Source of the DNA: Heterodontus francisci
Lineage: Eukaryota
NCBI RefSeq assembly: GCF_036365525.1
Contig: NC_090399.1
Coordinates: 51,988,430 to 52,052,429 of the forward strand
Reading direction: 5' to 3'
DNA: 64,000 bases
Position 1 is the first letter of the stretch. Each line of letters starts with the position of its first letter. Positions 1-13,400 of this stretch are shown in pieces. A program made the translations under genes and the position numbers. The notes under the pieces were generated by a model. The model had not been told where the DNA came from. It worked only from the letters and a program-made list of their open reading frames with translations, and did no database searches.

Positions 1-961
1 TACATCCTAGGGTTCTAAAAAAGATTGCTGCAGAGATAGTGGATGCACTGGGTATGATTTTCCAAAATTCCATAGATTCTAGAATGGCCCCAGCGGATTG
101 GCAGTTAGCAAATGTAATACCGATATTCAAGAATGGAGGAAGAGAGAAAACAGGAAACTGCAGCCCTGTTAGTCTGACATCAGTTGTTGAGAAAATGCTG
201 GAATCCATTATTAAGGAAGACTTAACAATGCACTTAGAAAATCATGGTATGATCAGACAAAGTCAACATGGTTTTATGAAAGGGAAATCATACTTGAGAA
301 ATTTATTCGAGTTTTTTGAGGATGTAACCAGTAGGGTGGATAATGGGGAACCAGTAGATGTAGTATACTTGGATTTCCACATGGCATTTAATAAGGTGCC
401 ACACAAAAGGTTAATATGAAAGATAAGGGCTTGTGGAGTTGGGAGTAAAATATTAGCATGGATAGAGGATTGTTTAATGGACAGAAAGCTGAGAGTACAG
501 ATAAATGGGAGATTTTCAAGTTGGCAAACTGTAACTAGTGGAGTGCTGGGGCCTCAACTATTTACAATCTGTATTAATGACTTAGATGAAGTGACCGAGA
601 GTAATGCATCCAAGTTTGCTGACAATACAAAGTTAGGTGGGAACATAAACTGTGAGGACACAAAATAGCTGCAAAGAGATATAGATAGGGTACGTGATTG
701 GGCAACAAGGTAGCAGATGCAGTATAATGTGAGGAAGACTGAGGTTCTTCTCTTTGGCAATAAGAATAGAAAAGCAGAGTGTTTTTAAAAAGGCATGACA
801 TTTTTAAATGTCGATGTTCAGAGGGTCTTGGGTGTACTCGCATAAGAAACACAGAAAGTTAGCATGTTGATACAGCAAGCAATCAGGAAGGCAAATGGCA
901 TGTTGGCTTTTATTGCAAAGGAACCAGAGTACAAGTCAAGAAAGTTTTGTTACGGTTACAA

Positions 962-1300
962 GGGTGGCGCAGTGGTTAGCACCGCAACCTCACAGCTCCA
1001 GCGACCCAGGTTCGGTTCTGGATACTGCCTGTGCAGAATTTGTAAGTTCTCCCTGTGACAGCGTGGGTCCCCTCCGGGTGCTCCAGTTTCCTCCCACGTG
1101 CCAAAGACTTGTGGGTTGATAGGTAAATTGGCCATTGTAAAAAAAAAAAATACTTCCCCTAGTGTAGGTAGGGGAAGGTGGGGATGTGAGAGGAAACAAT
1201 GGGATTAATATATAGGATTAGTATAAATGGGTGGTTGATGGTCGGCACGGACTTGGTGGGCCGAAGGGCCTGTTTCAGTGCTGTATCTCTCTATGACTCT
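962..1300 (+). mobile_element. tRNA-derived shark SINE (HE1/V-SINE-like)
   Basis: A-box TGGCGCAGTGG, B-box-like GGTTCGGTTC, central GGGTGCTCCAGTTTCCTCCCAC, tail GGGCCGAAGGGCCTGTTTCAGTGCTGTATCTCT; four more copies in the window. Confidence 0.85.
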
Positions 1301-1737
1301 GAGTTGTGCAGGGCTTTGGTGAGTTTTGGTTTCCACATCTAAGGAAGGATATACTTGCATTGGAGACAGTACAGCGAAGGTTCACTGGATTGGCTCCTGG
1401 GAGGAGAGGGTTATCCTATGATGAGAAGCTGAGTAAATTGGGCCTGTATTCTCTTGAGTTTAGAAGAATGAGAGGTGATCTGATTGAAACATACAAAATT
1501 CTGAAGGGATTTGGCAGGGCTAACACTGAGAGGTTGTTTCCCTGGCTGGGGAATCTAGAACATGGGAGCACAGTCTCAGGATAAGGGGTGGATCATTTTA
1601 GACTGAGATGAGGAGAAATTTCTTCACTTAGAGGGTTGTGGATGCTCCACCATTGAGTATATTCAAGGCTGGGATAGACAGATATTTTGGTCTTTCAAGG
1701 AATCAAGTGATATGGGGAGTGGGCAGGAAAGTGGAGG

Positions 1738-1980
1738 TTTTTTTTATTTGATCATGGGGATGTGGGTGTCACTGACTAGGCCAGCATTTATTACCCATCC
1801 CTAATTGCTCTTGAGAAGGTGGTGGTGAGCTGCCTTCTTGAACCGCTGCAGTCCATGTGGGGTAGGTATACCCACAGTGCTGTTAGGAAGGGTGTTCCAG
1901 GATTTTGATCCAGCGACAGTGAAGGAACAGTGATATAGTTCCAAGTCAGGATGGTGTGTGACTTGGAGGGGAACTTGCAG
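1738..1980 (-). mobile_element. 3' end of a second CR1-like LINE family
   Basis: Minus ORF ...GSKSWNTLPNSTVGIPTPHGLQRFKKAAHHHLL; its 3' tail matches the tail of the SINE at 17366-17755. Confidence 0.7.
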
Positions 1981-2072
1981 AGGCAGTTGAGGCAGAAGAT
2001 CAGCCATGATCAGACTGAATCACGGAGGAGGCTCGAGGGGACTTATGGTCTACTCCTGCTCCTATTTATGTT

Positions 2073-2676
2073 CTCCCAATCTCCTCACTTACACCCCAAC
2101 AGCCACCATTCATCCCAATCTTATCACTCCTTTCTCCCGCAAACTGCTATTCGTCCACTCCCAATCTCCTCACTCCCTTCCTCCCAGTCTCCTCCCTCCT
2201 TTCTCCCCCCAGCCACCATTTGTCCCCTCCCAATCCCCTCGTCCTCCTTCCCCCAACAGCCACCACTTATCCCTCCAAATCTCCTACCTACCCCGTCCAG
2301 ATATTTCTCATTCACTCCTAATCTCTGTCTCTCCCACTCAGTCATGATAAGACCCTCCCAATCTCCTGCCTCCCCTCTCCCCAGCTTCCACTTGTTCCAT
2401 CCCAATACCCTCCCCTCTCCATCCTTGACCAGACACAGTTCACCCCCTACTGATCTCCCCTAACCATTGCTCCCTCCTCTCAACCTCTTCACCCAGCAAC
2501 GCCTCCTCTCCCAATTTCCCCCTAGCTGTTGTACCATCACTCCCAATCGCCATCGCCTCCCTCTGCCCCAGACACTGCTCACCCCCCACAATCTCCTGCC
2601 CCTTCCTTCCCCCTGACACCATTCCTCCCTCACATCTCCTCCCCTGGGCCCCTCCCCCTCCATTGCCACTCCTAAT
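2073..2676. repeat. Pyrimidine/C-rich low-complexity tract
   Basis: Degenerate CCCAATCTCC/CTCCC motifs with strong C/T skew. Confidence 0.75.
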
Positions 2677-3237
2677 TTCATGTAAAACCTTGTTCATTTT
2701 GCGATATCAAGGGGAATTTCTTTCAATGCAAGACTGCAGCTAGAACTGGATTACAGAGAGACATCTGCTGTCAATCCAACCCCACCGTGACCTAACCCAT
2801 TTTTCCTAAGTTGAGATCAATTAGATATGTGGGGAATGATCTTGGCACTTCATTGGGAGACCACCACTGCTGGTGTATAGTGAAGCATTCACTTTTGCAC
2901 ACAAGATGGGAAGGCTGAAGTTTGAAGAAGACATAAGCCTCCTCAAAATGTCAGACCAGAAACTGGCTTTGAAAAAGAACAAGCAGTTTGAGATGTTGGG
3001 AGGGGGAGAGGTGACCATTTCTCCTATCTCCAGTTTTGCCACCATAGCGCCCTCACCACTTTCTTTCCTTTGTGCTGTTCCTCTATCAGCAATGAAGGAG
3101 AATTGGCCATTGTACTTTTCCAAACTCCCACTGCAGTGTCATTTAAAGGTAAAATTGGAAAATTGTAGTTTCTCAAGGAATCAAGGGGTATGGTGAGCAG
3201 GTGGGAAAGTGGAGTTGAATCCCAAGATCAGCCATGA

Positions 3238-3557
3238 TCTTTCCCAGAGTGGGGGATTCAATTACAAGGGGACACGAGTTCAAAGTGAAAGGGGAAAAGT
3301 TTAGGGGGGATATGCGTGGAAATTTCTTTACGCAGAGGGTGGTGGGTGCATGGAACGCTTTGCCAGCGGAGGTGGTAGACGCGGGCACGATAGCGTCTTT
3401 TAAGATGTATCTAGACAGATACATGAATGGGCAGGAAGTAAAGAGATACAGACCCTTAGAAAATAGGCGACAGGTTTAGATAGAGGATTTGGATCGGCGT
3501 AGGCTTGGAGGGCCGAAGGGCCTGTTCCTGTGCTGTAATTTTCTTTGTTCTTTGTTC
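3238..3557 (+). mobile_element. 5'-truncated young CR1 3' end inserted into an older CR1 tail
   Basis: Near-identical to 23460-23775 (FFTQRVVGAWNALPAEVV; TTCTTTG-repeat tail). Confidence 0.85.
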
Positions 3558-3929
3558 TATGATTGTTTTGAATGATGGAGCAGACTCGATGGGCCATATG
3601 GTCCACTCCTATTTCTTGTGTTTGTGTATCAGAAATAGTGCAACTGAAAGATCCCAGTCACTGATTCCAGCAGTGAGGATTCGTTAGGAGGCATCATCAA
3701 CCTATTTCTGCAATTTGCCATTCTCCTCCAATCTGCTTTTTATGGGCAGTAATTGAGGAAAACCCTCCTCAGGGTTTGCAGCAACACAAATCTAAAAATA
3801 AATGTCGATGGTATGAGTGAACAATTAATGTGTTTTTATAATAGTCCTCTATTTCAGTGGAAGAGTTTAAAAAGTGGGCAGGGAAGTGTCATACAAACAC
3901 ATTTACCACTAATCTGCCATTAGAACGAT

Positions 3930-4745
3930 TGACATTTACAGTGCAGGAGGAGGCCATTTGGCCCATTATATCTGTGTTGACTCTCCAACAGAGCAATATC
4001 CAATGAATCCCACTTTCTCCCCGTAGCCCTGTATCAATTCCAAACGAATTCCACTGCCCTGCACTCTTCCTAAGTTCCTGTATCTTCCTCTGCTTTAAAT
4101 ATTTTCCAATTTTCACTTACCTAATACAATGATTGCTGCCTCAACCAGTCCCTGTGACAAAGTATTCCACACTACAACACCCCTCTATCTGAAGAAACTT
4201 CCTAACCTCACTGCTCACTCTTCTAGTTATCATTTTAAATTGATCCTTCATCACTGATTTTCCTAGTAGAGGCACAATGCACTCCATCAAAACCCTACAA
4301 AATTTTAAAATCTTGATTAAACCTCATTTTAGCCATCGCTGATCCAGTGGAAATAGTCTCAATGTCCTTTAAGAGGGAGCAGAGGGGAGATCTAATAGAG
4401 GTTTTCAAAATTATGAAGGGTTTTGATCAGACTAAATACAGAGAAACTGTTGCCACCGGCAAGAGGATCGGTAACCAAAGGTCACAGGTTAAGGATAATT
4501 GTCAAAGAATCAGAGGAAAGGTGAGGAGAATTTTCTTAATACAGTGAGTTGTTGTGATCTGGAATGCACTGCCTGAAAGGGTGGTGGAAGCAGATTCAAT
4601 GTAGCATTCAAAAGAGAATTGGATAAAAACTTGAAGTAGAAAAAAAATTACAAAGCTGTGGGGGAATGGGACTAATTGGATAGCTCTAATGAGGGCAGAG
4701 TAACAGGCAGGATAGGCCAAATGGCCACCTTGTGTGTATCATTAT
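3930..4745. mobile_element. Two old CR1 3' fragments (minus ~3930-4330, plus ~4365-4745)
   Basis: RGDLIEVFKIMKGFD motif on +; reverse-complement CR1 tail on -. Confidence 0.65.
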
Positions 4746-4891
4746 ATGAATATCTCAAATTCCTGCTTGTAACTAATTTCTTATTCCTGTTAGCATCCTG
4801 GTGAATCTACACTTACGTTCTCTATGGGTTTAATGTCCTGCCTATAAAGGGACATCCATTACTGCAATGGTGCTCTAACTGGGCAAAGCAA

Positions 4892-5091
4892 TATTGTGTT
4901 TAATTGTATGCATGTGGTATCATTAATTGGGGTTTCAGTTGAGCACATATAAAGCGACACTTAATGAAACTATGTAGTGGTTGGGTTAGGAGGTGTATGC
5001 TTTTAATGTTTCACTCTGTAAATAAATGTGAAACTGAGTAAATATTGGCTCCAGTATCGTCCTTCACCAACTGACCTTCCAGATTAGAACA
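4892..5091 (+). mobile_element. Possible short solo LTR
   Basis: ~200 bp with TATAAA, AATAAA and terminal ...AACA; no clear TSD. Confidence 0.35.
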
Positions 5092-5310
5092 TTTGTCACC
5101 AGCAATAGCTCCCAGCCTATAGAACCTCAGGTGTGTGACTGACTGTAGCCCACAGTGCTATGGACATTTGTGGTCAGTGGGTATCCAAATTGTTGATGTG
5201 TGCGAGGCTCCCACCAGCAGTGTGAATTTGTTAACTAGTCTCTCGATAGTTGTATTCCCCTTGTGTTTCACTGTGAGACACTCATTCCTTTCTTGTATTT
5301 TTCTATACAG

Positions 5311-5456
5311 AACCTGAGGTACCTGAGGAAAAGTCTGGTCCTGGGACAGTGATCTGTGCTCTGGGACTCACCCTGGGAATCATCAGCGCTGTTGTAGGGA
5401 TCATCTTACTGATCAAAGAGAGACAACGGCTGCAAGCTCAGCAACAAGGGATCTAG
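5311..5456 (+). CDS. MHC class II alpha chain, connecting peptide/transmembrane/cytoplasmic exon (last coding exon; upstream exons lie outside the window)
   Basis: Acceptor ...tcttgtatttttctatacag|, phase 1. Translation (E)PEVPEEKSGPGTVICALGLTLGIISAVVGIILLIKERQRLQAQQQGI* has the class II alpha TM signature C-x-L-G-L-x-x-G-x(6)-G. TAG at 5454-5456 is followed by donor GG|GTAAGT at 5458/5459. Matches shark class II alpha C-termini as I recall them. Confidence 0.93.
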
Positions 5457-5839
5457 GGGTAAGTACATGAGACAGGAACATTTCACTGTCTGTGTATATT
5501 GTTAATGCTACTGGATGACACTCTCAACCTGGTCCCTACTCATGATTGTTGGCCATTGAACCCTGCTGCAAAGTGTACATATGTGGACAGGATTGAGCTA
5601 GGCTGTTGGACACCCGTCAACACTCACTGACACATGAAGAGTCAGTACTTTGATAAGGTGCAGGATGGAGTCCCAGCAAGTGCTAGCACCTTCAGGACAG
5701 GGAGACATCTTCACCATCTAAAGTTACTTTAGAGCTGCACATAGCATTTCAATACTTAATTCAGTTTTGAAGCCTTTCAAGCCATTCTGTTGAGCACGTT
5801 CATCCCCATTGGCACTGTCTCTGACCACCAATTAACTCG

Positions 5840-6230
5840 CAGAAGAACAGTAACAATCTCTATCTTCTGATAACAGTATCCTCAGAAGAACAGTAACAAT
5901 CTCTGTATCTTCTGATAACAGTATCCTCAGAAGAGCAGTAACAATCTCTGTATCTTCTGATAACAGTATCCTCAGAAGAGCAGTAACAATCTCTGTATCT
6001 TCTGATAACAGTATCCTCAGAAGAGCAGTAACAATCTCTGTATCTTCTGATAACAGTATCCTCAGAAGAGCAGTAACAATCTCTGTATCTTCTGATAACA
6101 GTATCCTTAGAAGAGCAGTAACGATCTCTGTATCTTCTGATAACAGTATCCCCAGAAGAACAGTAACAATCTCTGTATCTTCTAATAACAGTATCCTCAG
6201 AAGAACAGTAACAATCTCTGTATCTTCTAA
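5840..6230. repeat. 45-bp minisatellite, ~8.7 copies
   Basis: Unit CAGAAGA(A/G)CAGTAACAATCTCTGTATCTTCTGATAACAGTATCCT starting at 5840, 5883, 5928, 5973, 6018, 6063, 6108, 6153, 6198. Confidence 0.95.
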
Positions 6231-6344
6231 CTGCAGTTATATTGTGCTGTCAGTCACTGTTAATCTTTGTCAATCTCTGGCCATTGATATCTTTGGAAAC
6301 TCTCTCAGGAATATCCTAATCTGATAAAATAAAAGCACACAAAC

Positions 6345-7405
6345 ATGAGAAATAGGAGCGAAAGTAGACTATATGGCCCGTCGAGCCTGTTCCATCATTC
6401 AATATGATCATGGCTAATCTTGGGCTTCAATTCACTTTCCCGCCCACTCGCCATACTCCTTGATTCTCTGAGAGACCAAAATCTGTCTATCCCAGCCTTA
6501 AATATATTCTGTGATGAAGCATCCACACCCTTTGGGATAGAGAATTCCAAACATTAACATCTCAGTGAAGAAATTTCTCCTCTTCTCAGTTGTAAATGAT
6601 TGACCTCTTATCCTGAGACTGTGCCCCCATGTTCTAGATTCCACAACCAAGGGAAACAACCTCTGTATCTACTCTGTCAAGCCCCTTCAGAATCTTGTAT
6701 GTTTCAATGAGATCAGCTCTCATTCTTCTCATTCTCCAGAGAATATAGGCCCAATTTACTCAGCCTCTCAACATAGGACTACCCTTTCATGTGCACCTTC
6801 GCTGCACTGCTTCCAATGCATGTATATCCTTCTTGAAATATGGAGACCTAAACTGCACACAGTATTCCTGGCGTCGTCTCATCAAAGCCCTGTACAATTG
6901 TAGCAAGACTTCTTTATTCTTGTACTCCAATCCCTTTGCAATAAAGGCTAACTTGTCATTTTCCTTCCTAATTACTTGCTGGACATGTATGCTAACTTTC
7001 TGTGACCTGTGTACGAGCACACCCAAGTCCCTCTGAACATCAACATTTACAAGTTTCACACCTTTACAAAAAATATTCTGCTTTTCTATTCTTACAACCA
7101 AAGAGAATAATCTCACACTTTGCCACATTATATTACTTCTGCCATCTTGTTGCCCACTCACTTAATCTGTCTATATCTATTTGCAGCCTCTTTGTGTCTG
7201 TCTCGCAGCTTACATTTCCATCGAGTATCGTATTGTCAGCAAACAGTTTATTACTCTCTGTATCTTCATCTCAGTCAACAATATAGAGTGTAAATAGATG
7301 AGGCCCCAGCACTGATTCTTGTGGCACTCCACTGTTCACTGCCTGCCAAGTTGAAAATGCCCGGTGTGTCCTTAATCGCAGCTTCCTGTCTGTTAATCCA
7401 TTGAC
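6345..7405 (-). mobile_element. Decayed CR1 LINE 3' portion, truncated at the satellite
   Basis: Minus ORFs SGVPQESVLGPHLFTLYI, QRDLGVLV and LYRALMRRRQEYCVQFRSPY. Confidence 0.88.
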
Positions 7406-7425
7406 AAAACCAGATTTAGTGCAAT

Positions 7426-10400
7426 GCATTCGGAAACACCGGGAAACGGCATTCGGAAACGCCGGGAAACGGCATTCGGAAACGCCGGGAAACGGCATTC
7501 GGAAACGCCGGGAAACGGCATTCGGAAACGCCGGGAAACGGCATTCGGAAACGCCGGGAAACGGCATTCGGAAACGCCGGGAAACGGCATTCGGAAACGC
7601 CGGGAAACGGCATTCGGAAACAGCATTGAAAAACACTGGGAAACAGCATTCAGAAACAGCATTCAGAAACAGCATTCAGAAACAGCATTCAGAAACAGCA
7701 TTCAGAAATACCGGGAAACAGCAATCGGAAACAGCAATCGGAAACAGCAATCGGAAATACTGGCAAACAGCATTCAGAAACAGCATTCAGAAACACCGAG
7801 AAACAGCATTCAGAAACACCGGGAAACAGCATTCAGAAACACCGGGAAACAGCATTCAGAAACACCGGGAAACAGCATTCAGAAAGAGCATTCAGAAACA
7901 CCGGGAAACAGAATTCAGAAAGAGCATTCAGAAACACCAGGAAACAGAATTCAGAAACTGCATTCAGAAACACCGGGAAACAGCATTCAGAAACACCAGG
8001 AAACAGCATTCAGAAACACCGGGAAACAGCATTCAGAAACACCGGGAAACAGCTTTTAGAAACAGCATTCAGAAACACCGGGAAACAGCATTCAGAAACT
8101 CCAGGAAACAGCGTTCAGAAATACCGGCAAACAGCATTCAGAAACACCGGGAAACAGCATTCAGAAACAGCATTCAGAAACACCGGGAAACAGCATTCAG
8201 AAACACCGGGAAACAGCATTCAGAAACAGCATTCAGAAACACCGGTAAACAGCATTCGGAAACAGCATTCAGAAACACCGGGAAACAGCATTCAGAAACA
8301 CCGGGAAACAGCATTCAGAAACAGCATTCAGAAACACCGGGAAACAGCATTCAGAAACACCAGGAAACAGCATTCAGAAACAGCATTCAGAAACACCTGG
8401 AAACAGCATTCAGAAACACCGGGAAACAGCTTTTAGAAACAGCATTCAGAAATACTGTGAAACAGCATTCAGAAACAGCATTCAGAAACTCCAGGAAACA
8501 GCGTTCAGAAACACCGGGAAACAGCATTCAGAAATACCGGCAAACAGCATTCAGAAACACCGGGAAACAGCATTCAGAAACACCGGCAAACAGCATTCAG
8601 AAACACCGGCAAACAGCATTCAGAAACACCGGCAAACAGCATTCAGAAACACCGGCAAACAGCATTCAGAAACACCGGCAAACAGCATTCAGAAACACCG
8701 GCAAACAGCATTCAGAAACACCGGCAAACAGCATTCAGAAACACCGGCAAACAGCATTCAGAAACACCGGCAAACAGCATTCAGAAACACCGGCAAACAG
8801 CATTCAGAAACTGCATTCAGAAACACCGGGAAACTGCATTCAGAAACACCGGGAAACTGCATTCAGAAACACCGGGAAACAGCATTCAGAAACACCGGGA
8901 AACAGCATTCAGAAACATCGGGAAACAGCATTCAGAAAGAGCATTCAGAAACACCGGGAAACAGAATTCAGAAACTGCATTCAGAAACACCGGGAAACAG
9001 AATTCAGAAACTGCATTCAGAAACACCGGGAAACAGCATTCAGAAACACCGGGAAACAGCATTCAGAAACACCGGGAAACAGAATTCAGAAACAGCATTC
9101 AGAAACGCCGGGAAACAGCATTCAGAAACACCGGGAAACAGAATTCAGAAACAGCATTCAGAAACGCCGGGAAACAGCATTCAGAAACGCCGGGAAACAG
9201 CATTCAGAAACACCGGGAAACAGCATTCAGAAACACCGGGAAACAGCATTCAGAAACACCGGCAAACAGCATTCAGAAACACCGGCAAACAGCATTCAGA
9301 AACACCGGCAAACAGCATTCAGAAACACCGGCAAACAGCATTCAGAAACACCGGCAAACAGCATTCAGAAACACCGGCAAACAGCATTCAGAAACACCGG
9401 CAAACAGCATTCAGAAACACCGGCAAACAGCATTCAGAAACACCGGCAAACAGCATTCAGAAACACCGGCAAACAGCATTCAGAAACACCGGCAAACAGC
9501 ATTCAGAAACACCGGCAAACAGCATTCAGAAACACCGGCAAACAGCATTCAGAAACACCGGCAAACAGCATTCAGAAACACCGGCAAACAGCATTCAGAA
9601 ACACCGGCAAACAGCATTCAGAAACACCGGCAAACAGCATTCAGAAACACCGGCAAACAGCATTCAGAAACACCGGCAAACAGCATTCAGAAACACCGGC
9701 AAACAGCATTCAGAAACACCGGCAAACAGCATTCAGAAACACCGGCAAACAGCATTCAGAAACACCGGCAAACAGCATTCAGAAACACCGGCAAACTGCA
9801 TTCAGAAACACCGGCAAACTGCATTCAGAAACAGCATTCAGAAACGCCGGGAAACAGCATTCAGAAACGCCGGGAAGCAGCATTCAGAAACGCCGGCAAA
9901 CAGCATTCAGAAACGCCGGCAAACAGCATTCAGAAACGCCGGCAAACAGCATTCAGAAACGCCGGCAAACAGCATTCAGAAACGCCGGCAAACAGCATTC
10001 AGAAACGCCGGCAAACAGCATTCAGAAACGCCGGCAAACAGCATTCAGAAACGCCGGCAAACAGCATTCAGAAACGCCGGCAAACAGCATTCAGAAACAC
10101 CGGCAAACAGCATTCAGAAACACCGGCAAACAGCATTCAGAAACACCGGCAAACAGCATTCAGAAACAGCATTCAGAAACACCGGGAAACAGCATTCAGA
10201 AACACCGGGAAACTGCATTCAGAAACACCGGGAAACTGCATTCAGAAACACCGGGAAACTGCATTCAGAAACACCGGGAAACTGCATTCAGAAACACCGG
10301 GAAACAGCATTCAGAAACACCGGGAAACAGCATTCAGAAACACCGGGAAACAGCATTCAGAAACACCGGGAAACAGCATTCAGAAACACCGGGAAACAGC

Positions 10401-13400
10401 ATTCAGAAACACTGGCAAAGTGCATTCAGAAACGCCGGCAAACTGCATTCAGAAACGCCGGCAAACAGCATTCAGAAACGCCGGGAAGCAGCATTCAGAA
10501 ACGCCGGCAAACAGCATTCAGAAACGCCGGCAAACAGCATTCAGAAACGCCGGCAAACAGCATTCAGAAACGCCGGCAAACAGCATTCAGAAACGCCGGC
10601 AAACAGCATTCAGAAACGCCGGCAAACAGCATTCAGAAACGCCGGCAAACAGCATTCAGAAACGCCGGCAAACAGCATTCAGAAACGCCGGCAAACAGCA
10701 TTCAGAAACGCCGGCAAACAGCATTCAGAAACGCCGGCAAACAGCATTCAGAAACACCGGCAAACAGCATTCAGAAACAGCATTCAGAAACACCGGGAAA
10801 CAGCATTCAGAAACACCGGGAAACTGCATTCAGAAACACCGGGAAACTGCATTCAGAAACACCGGGAAACTGCATTCAGAAACACCGGGAAACTGCATTC
10901 AGAAACACCGGGAAACAGCATTCAGAAACACCGGGAAACAGCATTCAGAAACACCGGGAAACAGCATTCAGAAACACCGGGAAACAGCATTCAGAAACAC
11001 CGGGAAACAGCATTCAGAAACACTGGCAAAGTGCATTCAGAAACACCGGCAAACTGCATTCAGAAACACCGGCAAACTGCATTCAGAAACACCGGCAAAC
11101 TGCATTCAGAAACACTATTCAGTAACACCGAGAAACAACATTCTGAAACACCGGGAAACAGCATTCAGAAATACTGTGAAACAGCATTCAGAAACACTGT
11201 GAAACAGCATTCAGAAACAGCATTCAGAAACACCGGGAAACTGCATTCAGAAACTGCATTCAGAAACACCGGGAAACTGCATTCAGAAACACCGGGAAAC
11301 TGCATTCAGAAACACTGTGAAACAGCATTCAGAAACAGCATTCAGAAACGCCGGGAAACAGCATTCAGAAACAGCATTCAGAAAGAGCATTCAGAAACAC
11401 CGGGAAGCAGCATTCAGAAACTGCATTCAGAAACACCGGGAAACTGCATTCAGAAACACCCGGAAACTGCATTCAGAAACACCGGGAAACAGCATTCAGA
11501 AACTGCATTCAGAAACACCGGGAAACAGCATTCAGAAACTGCATTCAGAAACACTGTGAAACAGCATTCAGAAACAGCATTCAGAAACGCCGGGAAACAG
11601 CATTCAGAAACTCCGGGAAACAGCATTCAGGTACAGCATTCAGAAACAGCATTCAGAAACACCGGGAAACAGCATTCAGAAATACTGTGAAACAGCATTC
11701 AGAAACAGTATTCAGTAACACCGGGAAACAGCATTCAGAAATACTGTGAAACAGCATTCAGAAATACTGTGAAACAGCATTCAGAAATACTGTGAAACAG
11801 CATTCAGAAACACTGTGAAACAGCATTCAGAAACAGCATTCAGAAACTGTATTCAGAAACACCGGGAAACAGCTTTTAGAAACAGCATTCAGAAATACTG
11901 TGAAACAGCATTCAGAAACAGCATTCAGAAACTCCAGGAAACAGCGTTCAGAAACACCGGCAAACAGCATTCAGAAATACCGGCAAACAGCATTCAGAAA
12001 CACCGGGAAACAGCATTCAGAAACAGCATTCAGAAACAACGGCAAACAGCATTCAGAAACACCGGCAAACAGCATTCAGAAACACCGGCAAACAGCATTC
12101 AGAAACAGCATTCAGAAACACCGGCAAACAGCATTCAGAAACAGCATTCAGAAACACCGGCAAACAGCATTCAGAAACACCGGCAAACAGCATTCAGAAA
12201 CACCGGCAAACAGCATTCAGAAACACCGGCAAACAGCATTCAGAAACACCGGCAAACTGCATTCAGAAACACCGGGAAACTGCATTCAGAAACACCGGGA
12301 AACTGCATTCAGAAACACCGGGAAACTGCATTCAGAAACACCGGGAAACAGCATTCAGAAACATCGGGAAACAGCATTCAGAAAGAGCATTCAGAAACAC
12401 CGGGAAACAGAATTCAGAAACTGCATTCAGAAACACCGGGAAACAGAATTCAGAAACTGCATTCAGAAACACCGGGAAACAGCATTCAGAAACACCGGGA
12501 AACAGAATTCAGAAACAGCATTCAGAAACGCCGGGAAACAGCATTCAGAAACACCGGGAAACAGAATTCAGAAACAGCATTCAGAAACGCCGGGAAACAG
12601 CATTCAGAAACACCGGGAAACAGCATTCAGAAACACCGGCAAACAGCATTCAGAAACACCGGCAAACAGCATTCAGAAACACCGGCAAACAGCATTCAGA
12701 AACACCGGCAAACAGCATTCAGAAACACCGGCAAACAGCATTCAGAAACACCGGCAAACTGCATTCAGAAACACCGGCAAACTGCATTCAGAAACACCGG
12801 CAAACTGCATTCAGAAACAGCATTCAGAAACACCGGGAAACTGCATTCAGAAACACCGGGAAACTGCATTCAGAAAGAGCATTCAGAAACACCGGGAAAC
12901 TGCATTCAGAAACTGCATTCAGAAACACCGGGAAACTGCATTCAGAAACTGCATTCAGAAACACCGGGAAACAGCATTCAGAAACTGCATTCAGAAACAC
13001 CGGGAAACAGCATTCAGAAACAGCATTCAGAAACTCCAGGAAACAGCGTTCAGAAACACCGGCAAACAGCTTTTAGAAACAGCATTCAGAAACACCGGGA
13101 AACAGCATTCAGAAACAGCATTCAGAAACGCCGGCAAACAGCATTCAGAAACGCCGGCAAACAGCATTCAGAAACGCCGGCAAACAGCATTCAGAAACGC
13201 CGGCAAACAGCATTCAGAAACGCCGGCAAACAGCATTCAGAAACGCCGGCAAACAGCATTCAGAAACACCGGCAAACAGCATTCAGAAACACCGGGAAAC
13301 AGCATTCAGAAACACCGGGAAACAGCATTCAGAAAGAGCATTCAGAAACACCGGGAAACTGCATTCAGAAACTGCATTCAGAAACACCGGGAAACTGCAT

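Larger units (their letters stand above)
1..2070 (+). mobile_element. Decayed CR1-clade LINE (ORF2 RT and 3' end), interrupted by a SINE (962-1300) and a minus-strand LINE tail (~1738-1980)
   Basis: ORF pieces [41 protein letters not shown] and LYSLEFRRMRGDLIE with stops and frameshifts; CR1 3' UTR at ~1990-2070. Confidence 0.9.

Noticed and set aside
1951-2697. Pro/Ser-rich and Gly/Glu-rich ORFs
   Set aside because: Products of a low-complexity pyrimidine tract.
2821-3196. Overlapping 100- and 107-aa ORFs as the missing class II alpha-2 (Ig C1) exon
   Set aside because: No Ig C1 Cys/Trp pattern or suitable splice sites; the alpha-2 exon must lie upstream of the window.
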